Shown: in pieces, positions 12,774-27,849 of the stretch
Position numbering within the stretch: the stretch's first letter is position 1
Layout of the letters: every line of letters begins with the position of its first letter
Made by a program: the position numbers and the translations under genes
NCBI GenBank assembly: GCA_964016885.1
Contig: OZ024741.1
Span: forward strand, 347,138,001 to 347,202,000
DNA from: Eledone cirrhosa
Lineage: Eukaryota
Direction: 5' to 3'
DNA length: 64,000 bases
The notes under the pieces: model-generated
The model's input: the letters and a program-made list of their open reading frames with translations, nothing else
Told to the model about the DNA's origin: nothing
Database searches by the model: none

Positions 12774-12843
<70 letters not shown>
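12773..12843. repeat. (TAC)n microsatellite
   Basis: Direct reading. Confidence 0.95.
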
Positions 12844-12915
12844 TTGCTGCTGCTGCGGTTGCTACTGCTGTTGCTACTGCTGCTTCTGCTACTAGTATTA
12901 TCATTATTCGGGGCA

Positions 12916-13088
12916 TTGGCAGTATCGGTGAAGGGTCACAAACCATGCGCTGCAGCATAGAGTAATGTCCCTTTACACTCTGAGCTCAAATCCTGCCGAG
13001 GTTAGCTTTGCCTTTCATCGTTATGGGGTCGATAAAATAAAGCACCAGTAATACACTGGAGTAATTGTGCCAAAAGTAGAAACAATTA
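12916..13088 (+). mobile_element. tRNA-derived SINE
   Basis: ttggcagtatcggt...gagctcaaatcctgccgagg...gtagaaacaatt. Confidence 0.85.
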
Positions 13089-13179
13089 TTATTATTACTA
13101 TTATGAATTTGATCTCATTCATTGATGATATTTAACCGGAAACTTAGTCATATTGAACATCTAGCGTCTGCCTGCAGCC

Positions 13180-13620
13180 GCAGGTATTTAGGATTTATCG
13201 GAGGGTCTTGCTGTTCTCGGTTGCAAATCTTTCGAAGCGTTCCAAAAAAAAGGGAGATGTGCTAGTGTTATTTAGGCAGCCTTGGAAACTCTTCGAGATA
13301 GTACCTAGTGATCATATGGCAGTCCCAAATAAATTTCAGTTTTCACTTTAGATCCCGGTACCGGTTAATTTTCCCCTCTTTTTCCCGAACTCTCGTGTCA
13401 AATCAGTAAGCTACATTTATGATGAAGGAAGGTATTTTTCCTTATCTAAAAACCACGTCAGTCCTATTGTGTTCTGATTATTTATCTGTTTGTATGCTGA
13501 AATCCTCTGCACTTTATGCTCATACCACTACTCAAAATGAGGTAATTTGTTCAGTTTGCATAGGATCACTTATCCTATGATGTCCTGACTCGATCCATTT
13601 ATTTTAATGAATGGTGTTTA
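13180..13620 (-). mobile_element. Possible highly degenerate 3' fragment of an RLE-type non-LTR retrotransposon
   Basis: Minus strand near 13450-13475 reads EHNRTDVVF, resembling the HNRPD restriction-like endonuclease motif; no open frame. Confidence 0.3.
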
Positions 13621-13665
13621 TATGGGTGTTTATATTCAGATACTATGTGAGCTACAGTTCCCGCA

Positions 13666-13738
<73 letters not shown>

Positions 13739-13793
13739 CGTTTCTGAATTTGTTTAGCAAGATTCTTTATCTGAAAACGTGTGTTGAAACCGA

Positions 13794-14398
13794 TATTGTT
13801 ATACTTTGGGAGGGTCATGTTGCCAATAAGAAACACACGCACCAGTTGCGTTCACTTCAATTTATTATAATAAATTTATAAATTTAGGAATTTATAAATT
13901 TCCGGTTGATTGGTTGGTTCCACAACCAGATGGTTGTTTATATATTGTCAAAGTTCTTTCGTCACACATTCTGTGACCTCTTCAGTGACTGGGATTCTTT
14001 TCTTTACTTTTGTGCCTCTCCTTTGTTCTGTCCTACGCCATCTTGTTTCTGTGTGTCTGTTGTTGTTGGGATGTGTGTTGTATATGTGTGTGCGTATGTT
14101 GTAACTTTTGTTTTTGTTTTTGTTTTTGAGGCACACAACACACGCACAGAAACAATATGGCGTAGGACAGAATGATGGAGAGGCACAAAAACAAAGAAAA
14201 TAATCCCCAGTCACTGAAGAGGTCACAGAATGTGTGACGAAAGAACTTTGACAGTATATAAACAACCATCTGGTTGTGGAACCAACCATCCAACCCGAAA
14301 TTTATAAATTCCTAAATTTATAAATTTATTATAATAAATTGAAGTGAAAACAAATGGTGCGTGTGTTTCTTATTGGCAACATGACCCTCCCAAAGTAT

Positions 14399-14406
<8 letters not shown>
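13794..14406. mobile_element. ~610-bp non-coding fold-back element with a hammerhead in each arm (family C)
   Basis: Arms ~13794-14065 and ~14134-14406 are reverse complements with a few mismatches; ends in (TA)n. Confidence 0.9.
14210..14252 (+). ncRNA. Minimal type I hammerhead, family C (mirror copy 13947-13989, minus strand)
   Basis: GUCA-CUGAAGA-G-GUCACA-GAAUG-UGUGAC-GAAAG-AA-CUU^UGAC. Confidence 0.8.
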
Positions 14407-14469
<63 letters not shown>

Positions 14470-15609
14470 TTATTAAAATAACAGATTAAAGTTTAAGTAA
14501 AGTATCGCTGCTCTCACCCTTAACGGGATCTTCTGAAACTAACAAAGTCAATCTGTGAACGTAGAAGTGAATATTTCAAAAAAATGTTGCAACTGGAGGA
14601 AGACAGGAAGACGATACTTTGCTTCGTGGATACGTTGGCTGGCAAAGAACGGGAAAAAAAGAATATAATACGTCATTAATAGGAGCGGTGAAAAACAATT
14701 ACACGCAAAGACAAAACCACGTTTATGGTATAAAAAGAAGTCGTAGACTAATATTCTATTAGGTGGTTCATAGAGACGTTCTCTAGCAATGAAGGGAAAA
14801 AACGAAGATAATACGTCATATGTGGAACGGGGAGAACAATTGCACGCAAAGATAAAACCACGTAAATGGTATAACTAAAGTCGTAGAATAAAATTCTAAC
14901 TAGGAAACCGAAAGATTCTCGTCTTCAGGGTTAAGAATAAAATACAGAGGTAAATGAAATTAAATAAATATATACACGCATCCATATACGTACATACACA
15001 AGCATACGCGAAAACACTCGCCATAAGTATACAAATACACGCACGTACACAACCCCCCCCCCCCAACAAAAAACCACGCACATACAGAACCCACGCAACG
15101 CCAGTACCCGCACGCATTCGAATGTATACACCAAATACACATAAAAATATATAAATAAAAACAAAAATATATATATGTGTGTGTGTGTGCGTGTGTGTGC
15201 GTGTATACATATAATGTGTGTGCGTGTGTGTGCGTGTATACATATAATTAAATAAACATCTAAATAAATACATATATAACAAGCGCACACACATACCTAG
15301 ATGTAAATACACTTATGTTCGGAGACCCACGTCATCCAAAACACGATGTACACATATACACACACCCTATATACGTACGAACCCGCATACTCGCACAGAC
15401 GCAAAACTCTCGTATACACATAACCAAAAGCATATGTACCGGAAAAAATAATATATACGCCGTAACATATATAATCAAATATACGTACGAGAAAGTAGAC
15501 GTACCTTCACAAAACATACAGGTAATATATACTAATATAAGTAATGGTATAAACATAACATATACTTAGCTACCACAGCAAGACATAAAATATCCGCGTA
15601 TAGTTCGTA

Positions 15610-16576
15610 CTATCCGTTTGGGTATAATGTGGTGCTGTAATACAGGAAAGGTTTGTGCAATTTATGTTTACAAGCCCAAATTGCCTCAGATTTTTTGTTT
15701 AAGATGTCGTCTTTGCCGTAGAGTATTCCCACGGCCTCAGCGGCGCAGAGGTAACATGGTGTTTTATTTCCGTTATACGATCTAGCCCTAGCTAGGATCT
15801 CCCTGTGTATCTTATATTGGGTGTGGTTGTCTTTTAGACTCCAGATATAAGCTGAAAGTGACGTCATATTCCTTCTTAAAGGGTAACGAAAAGAATGGCT
15901 GTGCATGTAAAGACGCTGCTTGAATCTATTGGCGGTTCCCTACGGGACGTAGGTGTTTGAACCTTACATTTGTAGACAATGTTACTAGAGAGGCATTTCC
16001 CGGATAGGCGGCAGTCAACCCGATTCCTACAATTACAGTTAGTACTAACTACACGGCTGCACGTGTTCCTACTGCTAGGTAGTTTAGCTAAATTTGAAGC
16101 TGTGATGTTACATGCAAGGTTGGCCTCAACCTGGATGGAGTGGTTGACGCCTTTAAAGAAGGCTGTGAGTTCTTTCTGAACCTGTCGCAAACACGTGGGC
16201 CGCACTTAGTCATGGTCAAAAGACCATCATCACGGTACAAACCACCGCTCATATTGGGGAATTCTTCCTTGAGAGAGAAAAGAAGGAAAAGGCCGATACG
16301 ATCAGTAACCTCCGCAGAATCGCTGGCGCCCATACTCACGTCGAATGGGGTACTATTAGATCTTTTAATCCAAATAGAGTCGTCGAAATTAATCACCGAC
16401 TTACCGGCATTGAGGATGACATCAACTTCGAAATCCTTAACCACTGCGAGTGTTTTAGCGAAATTGATAGCTCTAAGGAGAAGTGGTAAAGTGATGGAGG
16501 AGTAGTAATTATTTATGTCGAATTGGATAAAAAGGCAATGTTCCTTGTTGCATCTGAGTTTGAACCAATCGATCAC
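15610..16576 (-). pseudogene. Inverted PLE1 RT/GIY-YIG fragment with an internal deletion
   Basis: ORFs 16088-16576, 15876-16205 and 15610-15906 mirror the forward copy; IQVEANL is fused directly to ACNITASNL. Confidence 0.88.
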
Positions 16577-18155
16577 AAATCCAATTTTCCGAACAACCCC
16601 TCTATTCGGCTTATTAACCCTACGAAGTCCGATTTAGGTAGTCTTAGTAAAAGGATTCTTGATAGAATTATACCTGAAATTAGAAGTTTGGCCCATCTTG
16701 CACTGTGGAACAATTATTTCGCGGTGATTGATTGGTTCAACGGCATAAGCAACAAGGAAATTGCCTTTTTCATCCAATTCAACATCAATAATTACAACTC
16801 CTCCATCACTTTACCAGTTCTCCTTAGAGCTATCAATTTCGCTAAAACACTCACAGTGGTTAAGGATTTCGAAGTTGATGTCATCCTCAATGCCCGTAAG
16901 TCGGTGCTTAATTTCGACGACTCTATTTGGATTAAAAAATCTAATAGTACCCCATTCGACGTTAGTATAGGCGCCAGCGATTCTGCGGAGGTTACTGAAC
17001 TTATCGGCCTTTTCCTTCTTTTCTCTATCAAGGAAGAATTCCCCAACGTGGGCGGTGGTTTGTACCGTGATGATGGTCTTTTGACCATGACGAAGTGCGG
17101 CCCACGTGCTTGCGACAGGTTCAGAAAAGAACTCACAGCCTTCTTTAAAGGCTTCAAACTCTCCATCCAGGTTGAGGCCAACCTTTCGGTCGTTAATTAT
17201 CTCGACGTTACCCTCAATTTATCGAATGGGTTGCATTACCCGTATAGAAAGCCGAATGATACGCTTAATTACATAAGTAAGCATTCTAACCATCCTGCCA
17301 GCAGAACCAAGAACCTGGTAAGAAACGTTTCTTTGAGGCTTTCCCGTCTATCTACTAACTACCATATTTTCAATGACCATTCCACATATTACAATGAAGC
17401 TCTTACTCGGAGTGGATTTGCCGATAAGATAGCATATACAGAGTACTAGAATATAACTAGAAGAAATAGATCCCGATGCATTATATGGTATAAACCACCA
17501 TATAATATGGAGGTGGCCACACCATTACCTAAGATCTTTCTCTCCCTTATTATGAAGCATTTTCCCCTACACATAAATTTAGTAAACTTTTTAATAGAAA
17601 AACTATTAAAATGTCTTACTCTACGACTCCCAACCTTTCACATAACATCACTGCTTCAAATTTAGCTAAACTACCTAGCCGTAGGAACACGTGCAACCCT
17701 GTAGTTAGTACTAACCGTGATTGTAGGAATCGGGTTGACTGCCCCCTATCCGGAAACGCCTCTCCAGTAACATTGTCTACAACTGTACGGTTGAAACACC
17801 CACGTCCCATAAGGCCTACATAAGGTTAAGCGCCAATAGATTCAAGCAGCGTCTTTACATGTATACCCATTCTTTTCGTTACCCTTTAAGAAGGAAAATG
17901 ACGTCACTTTCAGCTTATATCTGGAGTCTAAAAGACAACCACACCCAATATAAGTTACACTGGGAGATCCTAGCTAGGGCTAGATCGTATAACGGAAATA
18001 AAACACCATGTTACCTCTGCGCCGCTGAGGCCGTGGGAATACTCTACGCCAAAGACGACATCTTAAACAAAAAATCTGAGGCAATTTGGGCTTGTAAACA
18101 TAAATTGCACAAACCTTTCCTGTATTACAGCCCCACATTATACCCAAACGGATAG
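16574..18155 (+). pseudogene. PLE1 reverse transcriptase + GIY-YIG endonuclease, disrupted
   Basis: DHKSNF..IRLINPTKSDLG, QFNINNY, FDVSIGASDSAEV, YRDD, YLDVTL, SNHP. After a stop at 17449 and frameshifts: DCRNRVDCPL, AYIG, SLSAYIW, CYLC, LNKKSE..CKH. Confidence 0.9.
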
Positions 18156-18533
18156 TACGAACTATACGCGGATATTTCATGTCTTGATGTGGTAGCTAAG
18201 TATATGTTATGTTTATACCATTACTTATATTAGTATATATTACCTGTATGTTTTGTGAAGGTACGTCTACTTTCTCGTACGTATATTTGATTATATATGT
18301 TACGGCGTATATATTATTTTTTCCGGTACATATGCTTTTGGTTATGTGTATACGAGAGTTTTGCGTCTGTGCGAGTATGCGGGTTCGTACGTATATAGGG
18401 TGTGTGTATATGTGTACATCGTGTTTTGGATGACGTGGGTCTCCGAGCATAAGTGTATTTACATCTTGGTATGTGTGTGCGCTTGGTATATACGTGTTTA
18501 TTTATTTATATACGTTTATTTAATTTTATGTAT

Positions 18534-18656
<123 letters not shown>

Positions 18657-19345
18657 ATTTTATTTTTTTGTAAATATATATTTTATGTGTATGTGGTGTA
18701 TACATTAGTATACGTCTGGGTACAGGCGTTGCGTGGGTTCTGTATGTGCGGGTTTTTTTGGTTTTTTTGTGTACGTGCGTGTATTTGTATACCTATGGCG
18801 AATGTTTTCGCGTCTGCTTGCGTATGTACATATATGGATGCGTGTATGTATTTATTTAATTTCATTTTCCTCTGTATTTTATTTACTTTATTATTAACCC
18901 TGAAGCCGAGAATTATTCGGTTTCCTAGTTAGAATTTTAGTCTACGACTTCAGTTATACCATTTACGTGGTTTTGCAATTGTTCTGCCCGCTCCACATAT
19001 GACGTATTATCTTCGTTTTTCCGTTCATTGCCAGAGAACGTCTCTATGAACGACCTAATAGAATATTAGTCTACGACTTCTTTTATACCATAAACGTGGT
19101 ATCAATATGATGTCAATATGATGTTTTATCCACTTCCTACGAAGGGCTTGCTCCTGTGCAGCCAATACCACTCCTTCTGGGCATTACTATTCAGATGAAT
19201 TGTTAGTATTTTCTATGTCTCCTTATGTATTAAGATCAACAAAAACACAACCAACAACAGGAGTAACAGTAAGAGTAACATGCCATGACAAACGGCAACC
19301 AGTGTCTCGTCCAGCACTGCTTATATTTGAAGTTTACCTCTATAT

Positions 19346-19659
19346 CAGGGGTGTGCGACATATTCCATTGGCGGGCGACTTTTGAACAAAATATGTAATC
19401 TAATGAGAACCAATGAATTGATTCATAAATACATTGAGGATACATTTTTAAACAATAAAGATAAATAAAATATAATTTAGTTGTACTAATGTTAGACTTG
19501 GTATTTGTTATAGGACAACTAACCGAAAATTGTATGACGGTTACGAAAAATATTCTAAATAAGCTAACAAGATAAAAATTAAAAACAGTCATCGCAGGCC
19601 ACTCTGACTGGTCTGGCGGGCAATTTTGTGGCCCGCGGACCACCTGTTGTCCGCCCCTG
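19346..19659. mobile_element. hAT-type MITE
   Basis: Termini CAGGGG...CCCCTG with imperfect TIR and a perfect 8-bp TSD ctctatat on both sides. Confidence 0.85.
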
Positions 19660-19766
19660 CTCTATATCTTGAGGCATTACCGCAGCAGGGAGTGCTGTTG
19701 GATAGTATTATATCAGAGTTATAAAATAAAATAATGATGTATAATAAAATGATAATATAATATAAT

Positions 19767-20282
19767 AATTGTTTCTACTTTTGGCACAAGGTCAGCAAAT
19801 ACCCAGTGTATTACTGGTACTTTATTTTATCGACCCCGTAAGGATGAAAGGCAAAGTTAACCTGGGCGGGATTTGAACTCAGATCATGAAGGGACGTAAC
19901 TCTATGCTTCAAAGCAAGCATGGTGTCCAACTCTCTACTGATACTGCCAATCCATAATATAATAAGGTTTTCTTATATAGGCACAACGCCAGCAATTTTG
20001 GTGATGGGAGAGTCGATTAAATCGAACCCAGTGCGTGATTTGTACTTTAATTTGTCGACCCCGTAAGGATGAAAGGCAGAGTTAACCTCGGTGGGATTTG
20101 AACTCAGATCATAAAGGGCCGTAACTCTATGCTGCAATGCATAGCGTCCGACCCTCTACCGATACTGCCAGAGTTCAAATCCCGCCGGGGTTAACTTTGC
20201 CTTTCATTCTTACGGGGTCGATAAAATAAAGTACCAGTAATGTACTGCTAATTGCTGGCCTTGTGCAAAAATAGAAACAATT
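19767..20282. mobile_element. Cluster of three SINE copies (19767-19952 minus, ~19965-20170 minus, 20171-20282 plus partial)
   Basis: Shared SINE body; the third copy is inverted and begins at the B-box. Confidence 0.85.
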
Positions 20283-20792
20283 AATATAATATAATAATAA
20301 AAGTATGAGAGTAAAAATGTTCAAAACCTAAAAATCTTAAAGGATATATGATTTACAATATTGCACACATATAACCATAACTGTGTACAAGACATTGACT
20401 CACATGCGATCTTCAGCCATTTGATGAGTCTTACTTTTCCTTTCGCTGGATGTCCAATAATCACCACCCTTCTTAACCATGGTTACTGGTCTTGTCGGGT
20501 TACTCACCGACGACCAGACAATTCAACATGTACTGTGTTATATGTTAGCAGTAGCAACTAGGGAACAAGCTGACATATGTATTATAAAGGAAATTAATCA
20601 TGTGTAACTCAATAATATTTGCTTCATAAAATTGGATACATCCCATACACAATGGATTGAGATGTTCAGTCACGTTTCTTATTTTCCGTTCGAATCTCAT
20701 ATGGGCTGACATGGACTTTTATTTTAAAGGATTAGATAGATAGGTAGGTCAAATGATAAGATGGATATACTTGACTAAATACTTTCCATATA

Positions 20793-21344
20793 CAGGGTGG
20801 GCCAGAATTCATCCGTCATTTGATTATTTGTAGATCTATTAACATAAAAAGCTATAAAAGAAGTTAAGGAATATAATTGTTTCTACTCTTGGCACAAGGC
20901 CAGCAATTACCCAGTGCATTACAGGTACTTTATTTTATTGACCCCGTAAGGATGAAATGCAAAGTTAACCTCGGCGGGATTTGAAATCAGAATGGCAAGG
21001 GCCGTAAGTCTATGCGTCAAAGCATGGCGTCCGACTCTCTACCGATACTGCCAATCCATCGCCCTAGGAAGTTAAGGAATATAATACGATATACAGGCAT
21101 AATATCATGACCAAGATACGGTAAGCACACATATGTACACATTTAATTAACGCCCTGCTTAGTTAAATCGGTTTTCCAAGCTTAGCAAAGTATGTGACAT
21201 GGTTAGTCAAATTTGGAAAAAAAGAATAAAGACCTGTGAGGCACATTAAGAAATAAAATAATAAATTAAACAATACAATAACAATAAAATAAGCATGTTA
21301 AGAAATATAACTAACAAGCGAATCATGAATTCTGGCCCAACCTG
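20793..21344. mobile_element. Tc1/mariner-type MITE with a nested SINE
   Basis: TIRs cagggtgggccagaattcat and atgaattctggcccaacctg, flanked by TA dinucleotides. Confidence 0.85.
20874..21066 (-). mobile_element. tRNA-derived SINE nested in the MITE
   Basis: SINE body; TSD gaagttaaggaatataat. Confidence 0.9.
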
Positions 21345-22310
21345 TACATTGAGAAAGGTATGCCTATGCTACTAAATAGCAGCAAACTTTTGAAATCGTG
21401 GATGTTATTTGCCGTCTTATTTTGTGCCGAGATATAAATATTAGGAGACTTGTGTCCTTACAACCGGAGCTGGTTATGTTAACTGGTATTCCAAACGAAT
21501 TGAAACAGAAGAGCGAGAGTAATCAGAAAATTCCAGATGTAGTTTTTAGAAATAAATGAATTTGTGAATGAATTAGGTGCAGCCAATCAATGTAGTTTCA
21601 TCTCTCTCGAGGTCAAAAATGAATAATTTATGTGGCGTATATTCAGCTAGAACTAACAAGTAAATTATACTCTAATGAAACCATTCCGTCTTAAGTATGG
21701 CAGAATCATTGTATTATATATCTCCAGATACTATTATATCAAGATACTATATATCTGAAATAATCAGACATGATAACCAGAGATGAATCAACATCGATCA
21801 ATCTAGGCTGAGGTGGAATTTAACCCCAAAAGCATTAGGAATCTGACAGAATTGCTTAACCTGCAAGAGCAGTGAAGAAGTAGTAACCGACTCTTCCACT
21901 TATAACATAATGCCGCCATAAAATATGCATATACACAAGCGTGCTGGATAAAATACATGTGACTAGAAATAATCTATAGCTTCAGCTGTAAAGGCCTGCT
22001 ATATATCTTTATAATATCACCACCGTCCATCTATTTCATAGAAATAACAATAATGACACGCCGTAATCATGCTTTAGCCCCATAAAAATGGTATATGTAT
22101 ATATATCAGGTTTGAAACATTTCCGATATACATTATTAGAGTTCACATAATCATACATTCGTTAGCTCATGATATATAAGCTAGATCAACAATTAAAAGG
22201 TTGTTACCGCAAGAAACAATAACTGAATTCGTCAGACAAAACGACTGAATATTATATCAAATGTTTTCAAAGAATGTTTCAAAATACATTTCTTTGCAAG
22301 TTATTAATAT

Positions 22311-22344
<34 letters not shown>

Positions 22345-22345
22345 T

Positions 22346-22388
<43 letters not shown>

Positions 22389-22416
22389 GTGTGTATGTAC
22401 ATGTATATATATGTAA

Positions 22417-22512
<96 letters not shown>

Positions 22513-22520
22513 GTACATAC

Positions 22521-22565
<45 letters not shown>

Positions 22566-22629
22566 CATATACATACATATATTTATACATATATATTAAC
22601 ATATATATATATATATATAGATATATATA

Positions 22630-24228
<1,599 letters not shown>

Positions 24229-24259
24229 AAGAATCAAAGAACTGTTCAAAACATTATTG

Positions 24260-24306
24260 TGCTTACAGCTGTTTCCTCCAAACCGAGGTTTGGATTCTTC
24301 GGAGCA
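24260..24306 (-). ncRNA. Hammerhead in the PLE2 3' pLTR (family D, CCGAAGA core)
   Basis: UGCU-CCGAAGA-A-UCCAAACC-UC-GGUUUGGA-G-GAAAC-AGCU-GUA^AGCA. Confidence 0.8.
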
Positions 24307-25714
24307 ATTTATTAATGCATGGACAGTTATATGACCTCCTTTTCAGCCGAGAGACATACCGATACATATTCAAACATTGATACATATTCAAACATTGTGG
24401 GTCAACATTCATTACAGAATTTAGAGTGGCAGTACACACTTCGAGATTACATTTATATTAAGGGGTACAATCAAAAATCAAAATACAGGTTAAAATACAA
24501 CATGAAGATAAGCGGTTATATAGTGCAAATGTTATATGTGTGGCACGCATGTGCGTCTTGTTTATATAGTGTGGCAGAGAGATATGTGTGGTAGAGGCAC
24601 TTAGGTAGGTAAACAAGAGTGTTAGGTTGGTAGATCTGGTGGCAAATTCTTTATATGATTGATATAGTCTGTGTGTGGAGAAATATTATAAGCATTAAAA
24701 ATAGTGCAAGCGCAGGGAAGTCAAGTATTTCCTGTACTTCGGCATTTTCATGGTCAGGGGAGTGTATTTTTCGATTATATGCCCTTCACATAATCCACGA
24801 CAATCCAGTTAGAGATCGTAGTCTGGTGTTCTTTAGTTCAATACAGGAGGCTGTTACGTTTCGAGAAACGCCATTGAATACCGCCCGGAAGTGTGTGTGT
24901 GGCTAAGGGGAGTTAATGCATGCGGGGAGGTAACTCTGGGGTATCTATACCTAGCTATTAAAATGTGTCCCAATATAGACCCTAATTTTTATGGTGATGC
25001 GCATCCTCCAAGAGAAATTTTTAAAGCATAACGTGTATTAATTATAGAGTAGTTTAATTAAGTTATGCTGAAGGTGATCATATTATTATGGTGGATTAAC
25101 CCATCGTAAGGTGCCACAAATGGAAATTATAGATGATGAGCGAGGATTCTAAATAATGTTCTCTGTGGTCGTAGTCTACTCATAGGACCAGGCGCGGTGA
25201 TTGCAGGATTGCTTCAGGACCCAATGATCTCTGGTAAGATCTGGGTCATCGCTTGCTACATTGGATGTCGAGAGATAATCATCCCCAGGCCGGCCAGAGG
25301 TCAATCCGCAGTCCTCGCGACCCCTCTCTGACCGTCAGATCATCCATATATGTACAACCCACACGGCTGTTGCAATGCATTCACTCACTGCGCTCATCAG
25401 CCCGGTCCTACTGGTCAACAGCGTTACTAGATTAAAACATTTTTCAACTGTCTAAGGAAGGTGTTTCCTCTGCACAACACTATCCAACCGATCAATTCAT
25501 GCTCAAATTACCCTTAGAGCGGTGTAGTGCCGTTCAAGTGGGTGGATGTTGTCACACCTGACGTAGAGGTATAAATGGGTATTCTCCCTGCGAAGGGTTC
25601 CAGAGGGATGTCGTTGTTTGTGTTATAATAGATCAGTTAGTGTTGGGTATGTAGTATAAGGTGTGTCTCTGGTGTTTGATGCTAGATGTGGTGTTAGGTT
25701 CCAGTCCGACATTG

Positions 25715-27268
25715 CTATATATTGGGCTTAAAGTTTTGGAAGGAATGTCTGAAGCGGTGCTGGCAAGTTGCAAACACCTCAGATTTTTTGTTAAGTAGGT
25801 TACGGTTGGAGAAGATAATATTGTGTGTCTCTAGTATACAGAGGTTACAACATTTATTAGGTGGTTTGTACGAGGTCGCGCTGCCTATCACTTCCCATTT
25901 GAGTGTGTATGGTTTATTTTTAGATTTTAGATAGTGTATGTAGCTAGAAAGTGAGGTGGAGTTTGCTAGGCTGTGCTTTTTGAACGAGTGGATGTGCGAA
26001 TTATATCTGATTTTGAAGCAGTTAGAAGTGGAGCCTACATAGGTTTCTGAAGAGTTGTTAGTCGTGACGGTGCATGAGTATATGATATACTTGGTTAGGC
26101 ATTTTTTATCTAAAGGGCAGGTTCTATTAGCTCTACAGTTACAATTATCATGTGCGTTAGTCCGCTGGTTATAATGCAGTGCGGAAGTCTGCGTGTTAGC
26201 TATAGTATTTTGGGCGTTCGGGTTGACAACCCTGGTGTTATTACTTATACTAGTGTTATTTCTATTGTTACTGCCGTTGCTATGGTTGCTTGCTACAGTG
26301 GTATTTAGAGGGTTTGCATCCCGTTGTGATTTTGTTTGTTGCAAGTAAGAACTAATTTTACTATTATTGCTGCTAGCTATGTGGTATGCTAAGTTAGGCG
26401 TCGTAGAGTATGAGATTTTAATGGTGTTTTTGTTTAAGAGGTTGTGGTACTTGTGTCCTAGAGGGAAGTTTTTATCTAGTAGTGAGAAGAAAGCCCTAGG
26501 TATGTTGGTGGAGACATTTAGGTTGAAAGGAGGGTTGAAAAATGTATTATTTCTTCTTCTATTTTTGCTTTTAGTGTTTGGTGTGTTGCTTCCTCCTAAG
26601 GCACCACAGTAGTTTCCATGGTAATGGTTACTTCCGGTGGCACCCTCCGCTTTGGTGCACTTGTGGTTGCTATTCCTATTATTAGGTTTCCTCATGGACA
26701 TGTTGTGCGAGATGATGTTGTAGCTATGTGTTTTCTTAGGTAGGAACTCAACTTCTATATTATGGCCGGATCTAGATAATGCTTGATTGTAATATTGTGA
26801 GTTTTTGCTAAATATGTTTGCGTCATAGGACAGACTAGAGATTCTATTGGACACCCCCTTAGAGATAGAGTTTAATATTGATCTAGGGTGATTAGACTTG
26901 GTATCTACGTAAATAAGTTTCTCGTTGGGCTTATGGAAAGGTGTATATATTTTTGAGTCTAGGTATAGTGTGGCGTCTAGGAAGTTAACATTTTTAGTGT
27001 TTTTGTCCATGGTGATACTAAGGTTAAAGTTTTTGAATGTCTTATGCAATTGTTATCTAGTTCTTTCTATATTAAATTTTTTATATTCTATAAGTAGAAG
27101 TGCATCATCGCGGTACAAACCACCGTTGAGGTAAGGGAGGTCCTTATGGATTTCATTGAGGAGGTATAGGCCGACCAAATCAGTGACCTGCGCCGAGTCA
27201 CTAGATCCCATGGTTATGTCGAAGTTGTTGTGCGTATCCTTGCGAGACCATAGTTGGTCCTCGAAGGT
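25715..27268 (-). pseudogene. PLE2 RT C-terminal half + GIY-YIG, one in-frame stop (27053-27055)
   Basis: FDITMGSSDSAQVTDLVG, YRDD, FLDATL, SNHP, CNCRANRTCPL, IIY..TYVG, CNLC, LLNKKSE..CQH. Confidence 0.92.
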
Positions 27269-27802
27269 GGATTGTCGTGGATTATGTGAAGGGCATATAA
27301 TCGAAAAATACACTCCCCTGACCATGAAAATGCCGAAGTACATGAAATACTTGACTTCCCTGCGCTGTGCATCTGCAATACTTTTAAAACTTTTAATGCT
27401 TGCACTATTTTTAATGCTTATAATATTTCTCCACACACAGACTATATCAATCATATAAAGTATTTGCCACCAGATCTACCAACCTAACACTCTTGTTTAC
27501 CTACCTAAGTGCCTCTACCACACATATCTCTCTGCCACACTATATAAACAAGACGCACATGCGTGCCACACATATAACATTTGCACTATATAACCGCTTA
27601 TCTTCATGTTGTATTTTAACCTGTATTTTGATTTTTGATTGTACCCCTTAATATAAATGTAATCTCGAAGTGTGTACTGCCACTCTAAATTCTGTAATGA
27701 ATGTTGACCCACAATGTTTGAATATGTATCAATGTTTGAATATGTATCGGTATGTCTCTCGGCTGAAAAGGAGGTCATATAACTGTCCATGCATTAATAA
27801 AT

Positions 27803-27849
27803 TGCTCCGAAGAATCCAAACCTCGGTTTGGAGGAAACAGCTGTAAGCA
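27803..27849 (+). ncRNA. Hammerhead in the PLE2 inverted pLTR (family D)
   Basis: Identical mirror of 24260-24306. Confidence 0.8.

Noticed and set aside
14896-14935. Hammerhead in the PLE1 3' region (CTGAAGA-cgaga-atc-tttcg; mirror near 18900)
   Set aside because: The hairpin is followed by GTTTC rather than GAAA in both arms, so no valid core could be built.
16523-16573. N-terminus of the 308-aa ORF (and likewise the N-terminal part of ORF 27053-27454)
   Set aside because: Chimeric: read from the antisense inverted arm across the inversion junction, not a real protein start.
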